A stretch of DNA of 26,364 nucleotides, from positions 1 to 26,364 of the IMG/VR virus record IMGVR_UViG_3300020045_008955. The stretch is one strand, 5' to 3'. Origin of the DNA: a virus (taxonomy: Duplodnaviria; Caudoviricetes). Of the stretch, positions 24,857 to 26,364 are shown in pieces. Each line of letters begins with the position of its first letter. Within the stretch, counting starts at the first letter, position 1. Made by a program: the position numbers and the translations under genes. The notes below the pieces were generated by a model, which saw only the letters and a list, made by a program, of their open reading frames with translations, was not told where the DNA came from and did not search any database.

Positions 24857-25892
24857 GAATCCAACAATCATAAATCCTATTGACGCAAGTTTTGAGGATT
24901 TAACAAAAGCAGTAGTTATGAAGAATATCGCACCATCTAAAACCAATAAGATAAAGGATTTAGAGCTTAAAATGACCAATAATATCGCGGGGTTTCAAAC
25001 GGAAATTGTTTTTGATGTAGAGATAGAAAAAGAAGTTGGAGGAATTCAGATGGGAGTTCTAAAAGGAGGAACTCCTTATTTAACCCAAGAGGGCTTATCT
25101 AAACTATGTGGGGTTTCTAGAAAAATGCTTTATAACATCGACCAAGAGATGTATACTGCAAAGGAAGGAAAGGCGAAAGATAGAGCTGATAAGATTAAAG
25201 AATTATTGAAGGTTCAAGGTTATAATGAAAAAGATTTATTTATAAGAATACAAAAAGCAAAAAACGAAGTTTACAACGCTTATCCTGATAGTGTTTGTAT
25301 GGCTCTTTTAGAATATTTTGCTTTTGATGATTCAAGAAAAGAGGCGCAAGCTAATTATAGATTGCTTGCAAGGTCTTCTTTTAGAACTTATATTTATGGG
25401 TCAGTTGGCTATAAATATGACGCTACAAAATTAGATAAATGGAAACACTTTTTAGATAGGGTAGATATAAATTACGATGTTGTCCCAGAGGGATATTTTA
25501 GTATTTTTAAAGAGACTTCTGGCTTAACAGTTTCTCTAATTAGAAATGAAATTATAATAGATGAAAACAGGATACCAGATTTAAGTGTTGGTGGAACTTG
25601 GGGGCGTTATTGGTCAAATAATGAGCTTGATAAGGAGTTTGGAAATAGAGTTAAGTATAATCATAACTATCCCGATTATTTCCCACAATCCGCTTCTAAT
25701 CCGCAAGAATCTTGGTGCTATCCTAATGATGCTTTGCCATTATTTAGAAAATGGTTTAGAGCTGAATATATTTATAGCAAATTCCCCGCTTATCTACTTA
25801 GTAAGGTCAAACAATTAAAACTTACCCACGAACATAAAAATAAAATTTTAGAAGCTGTAAGACCCAAAGAAATTGAGAACAGGGCTAATTGA
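24849..25892 (+). CDS. bstA: BstA-family abortive-infection (phage defence) protein; homology starts near Met42 (24972)
   Basis: Motifs match Salmonella BTP1 BstA as recalled: 'MGVL..GTPYLT..GL...CGV', 'YPD.VCMA.LEY.AFD', 'NYRLLAR', 'P.G.FS.F.E', 'PD.SVG..W..W', 'H.YPD.FPQS', 'YP..AL..FR.W.R..Y'. Confidence 0.88.
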   Translation: MPKNPTIINPIDASFEDLTKAVVMKNIAPSKTNKIKDLELKMTNNIAGFQTEIVFDVEIEKEVGGIQMGVLKGGTPYLTQEGLSKLCGVSRKMLYNIDQEMYTAKEGKAKDRADKIKELLKVQGYNEKDLFIRIQKAKNEVYNAYPDSVCMALLEYFAFDDSRKEAQANYRLLARSSFRTYIYGSVGYKYDATKLDKWKHFLDRVDINYDVVPEGYFSIFKETSGLTVSLIRNEIIIDENRIPDLSVGGTWGRYWSNNELDKEFGNRVKYNHNYPDYFPQSASNPQESWCYPNDALPLFRKWFRAEYIYSKFPAYLLSKVKQLKLTHEHKNKILEAVRPKEIENRAN

Positions 25893-25990
25893 AATTTAAT
25901 TTATTTTACTAGGGATTTAAAGAGAGAGAGAAAATAAAGGAAGTTTTGATAAACTAGTTGGGAATATGTTGTTTAGTTAGTCAAAGAGTA

Positions 25991-26020
25991 TTGACACAAT
26001 TTAATTTTAAAACATATAAT
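25991..26020 (+). promoter_or_regulatory. Consensus sigma70 promoter
   Basis: TTGACA (25991-25996), 18 bp, TATAAT (26015-26020). Confidence 0.75.
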
Positions 26021-26051
26021 GTTTTTTAGCTAAACAACATTATATGTTTTA
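26008..26051. repeat. 44-bp near-perfect palindrome overlapping the -10 (probable operator)
   Basis: TAAAACATATAATGTT-T-TTTAGCTAAA-C-AACATTATATGTTTTA; 21 of 22 positions symmetric. Confidence 0.85.
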
Positions 26052-26106
26052 TTTCTGTTGTAGAGGCACGATGCTCCTTATTGTAAAGACAAAAAAATAA
26101 AATCAT

Positions 26107-26349
26107 ATGGCAATCATAAAAAAAGATTCAACTGACGAATCTGAAACTCTAAATATAGAGATAAACAACGGAGATCTAAAAGCTCTAGGTGAAATAGTGG
26201 AAACTTGGAATTTAAAAGATAAAGAAAGTGCTTTACGATTTGCTCTTGCGGTTCTTAAAGTAAGCTCCCCCGGCTCTTTGATTAATGATAAGGATGGATC
26301 AAAAAAAAGTTTGATTCCGGGAGAAACTTTAATTAAAGAAAAAGAATAG
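26107..26349 (+). CDS. Small protein, possibly ribbon-helix-helix DNA-binding
   Basis: 'TLNIEIN' strand then helices 'DLKALGEIVETW' and 'KESALRFALAVL'; downstream of the promoter/palindrome. Confidence 0.6.
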   Translation: MAIIKKDSTDESETLNIEINNGDLKALGEIVETWNLKDKESALRFALAVLKVSSPGSLINDKDGSKKSLIPGETLIKEKE

Positions 26350-26364
26350 TTCATATGTCTAAAC

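Larger units (their letters stand above)
23821..26364 (+). mobile_element. IS1595-family element with passenger genes; left end ~23821, right end not confirmed in window
   Basis: Putative left end GGGAATTATATATTTGACTAG after AT-rich AAATATTA; intact transposase; strand switch relative to flanking phage genes; coupled downstream cargo. Confidence 0.75.

Noticed and set aside
25978-25999. TAGTCAAAGAGTATTGAC as the right inverted repeat of the IS
   Set aside because: Only about 8 bp match the left end, with no terminal CCC and no AAATATTA duplication; it might be a subterminal site but cannot be called the end.
26103-26354. 83 aa - strand ORF
   Set aside because: Antisense to the 80 aa + strand ORF, which has the promoter and a more protein-like sequence.
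1-26364. CRISPR array, rRNA, integrase/att site
   Set aside because: No regularly spaced repeats, rRNA-like sequence or recombinase gene seen.

Overview
AT-rich segment of a tailed phage or prophage, probably infecting an alphaproteobacterium (phage-borne GapR/DUF2312, alphaproteobacterial-type SSB, two-component spanins). Bases 1-17415 (+) are a Mu-like contractile-tail late module: tube end, chaperone pair with a -1 frameshift site, a short tape measure, Mu gp43-gp48-like baseplate genes, several fibre/adaptor genes and a lysis cassette. Bases 17393-23820 (-) are a convergent array of early/accessory genes (VRR-NUC, SSB, GapR, YopX, hypotheticals). This array contains a ~455-nt highly structured ORF-free region with an embedded degenerate tRNA-like cloverleaf. 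From 23821 an IS1595-family element interrupts a phage ORF and carries a BstA abortive-infection homologue plus a small, probably autoregulated gene; its right end is not clearly in the window. The least-explained signals are (i) a covarying hairpin with an NYACCAC loop in front of four tail genes, (ii) the structured RNA, which holds a sequestered complement of that loop, (iii) IS-borne BstA with a candidate aba self-immunity element, (iv) antitoxin-like segments inside two early proteins, and (v) an identical 9-residue N-terminal tag on two fibre proteins. All family calls come from motif recognition and synteny by eye; no searches or folding programs were run.
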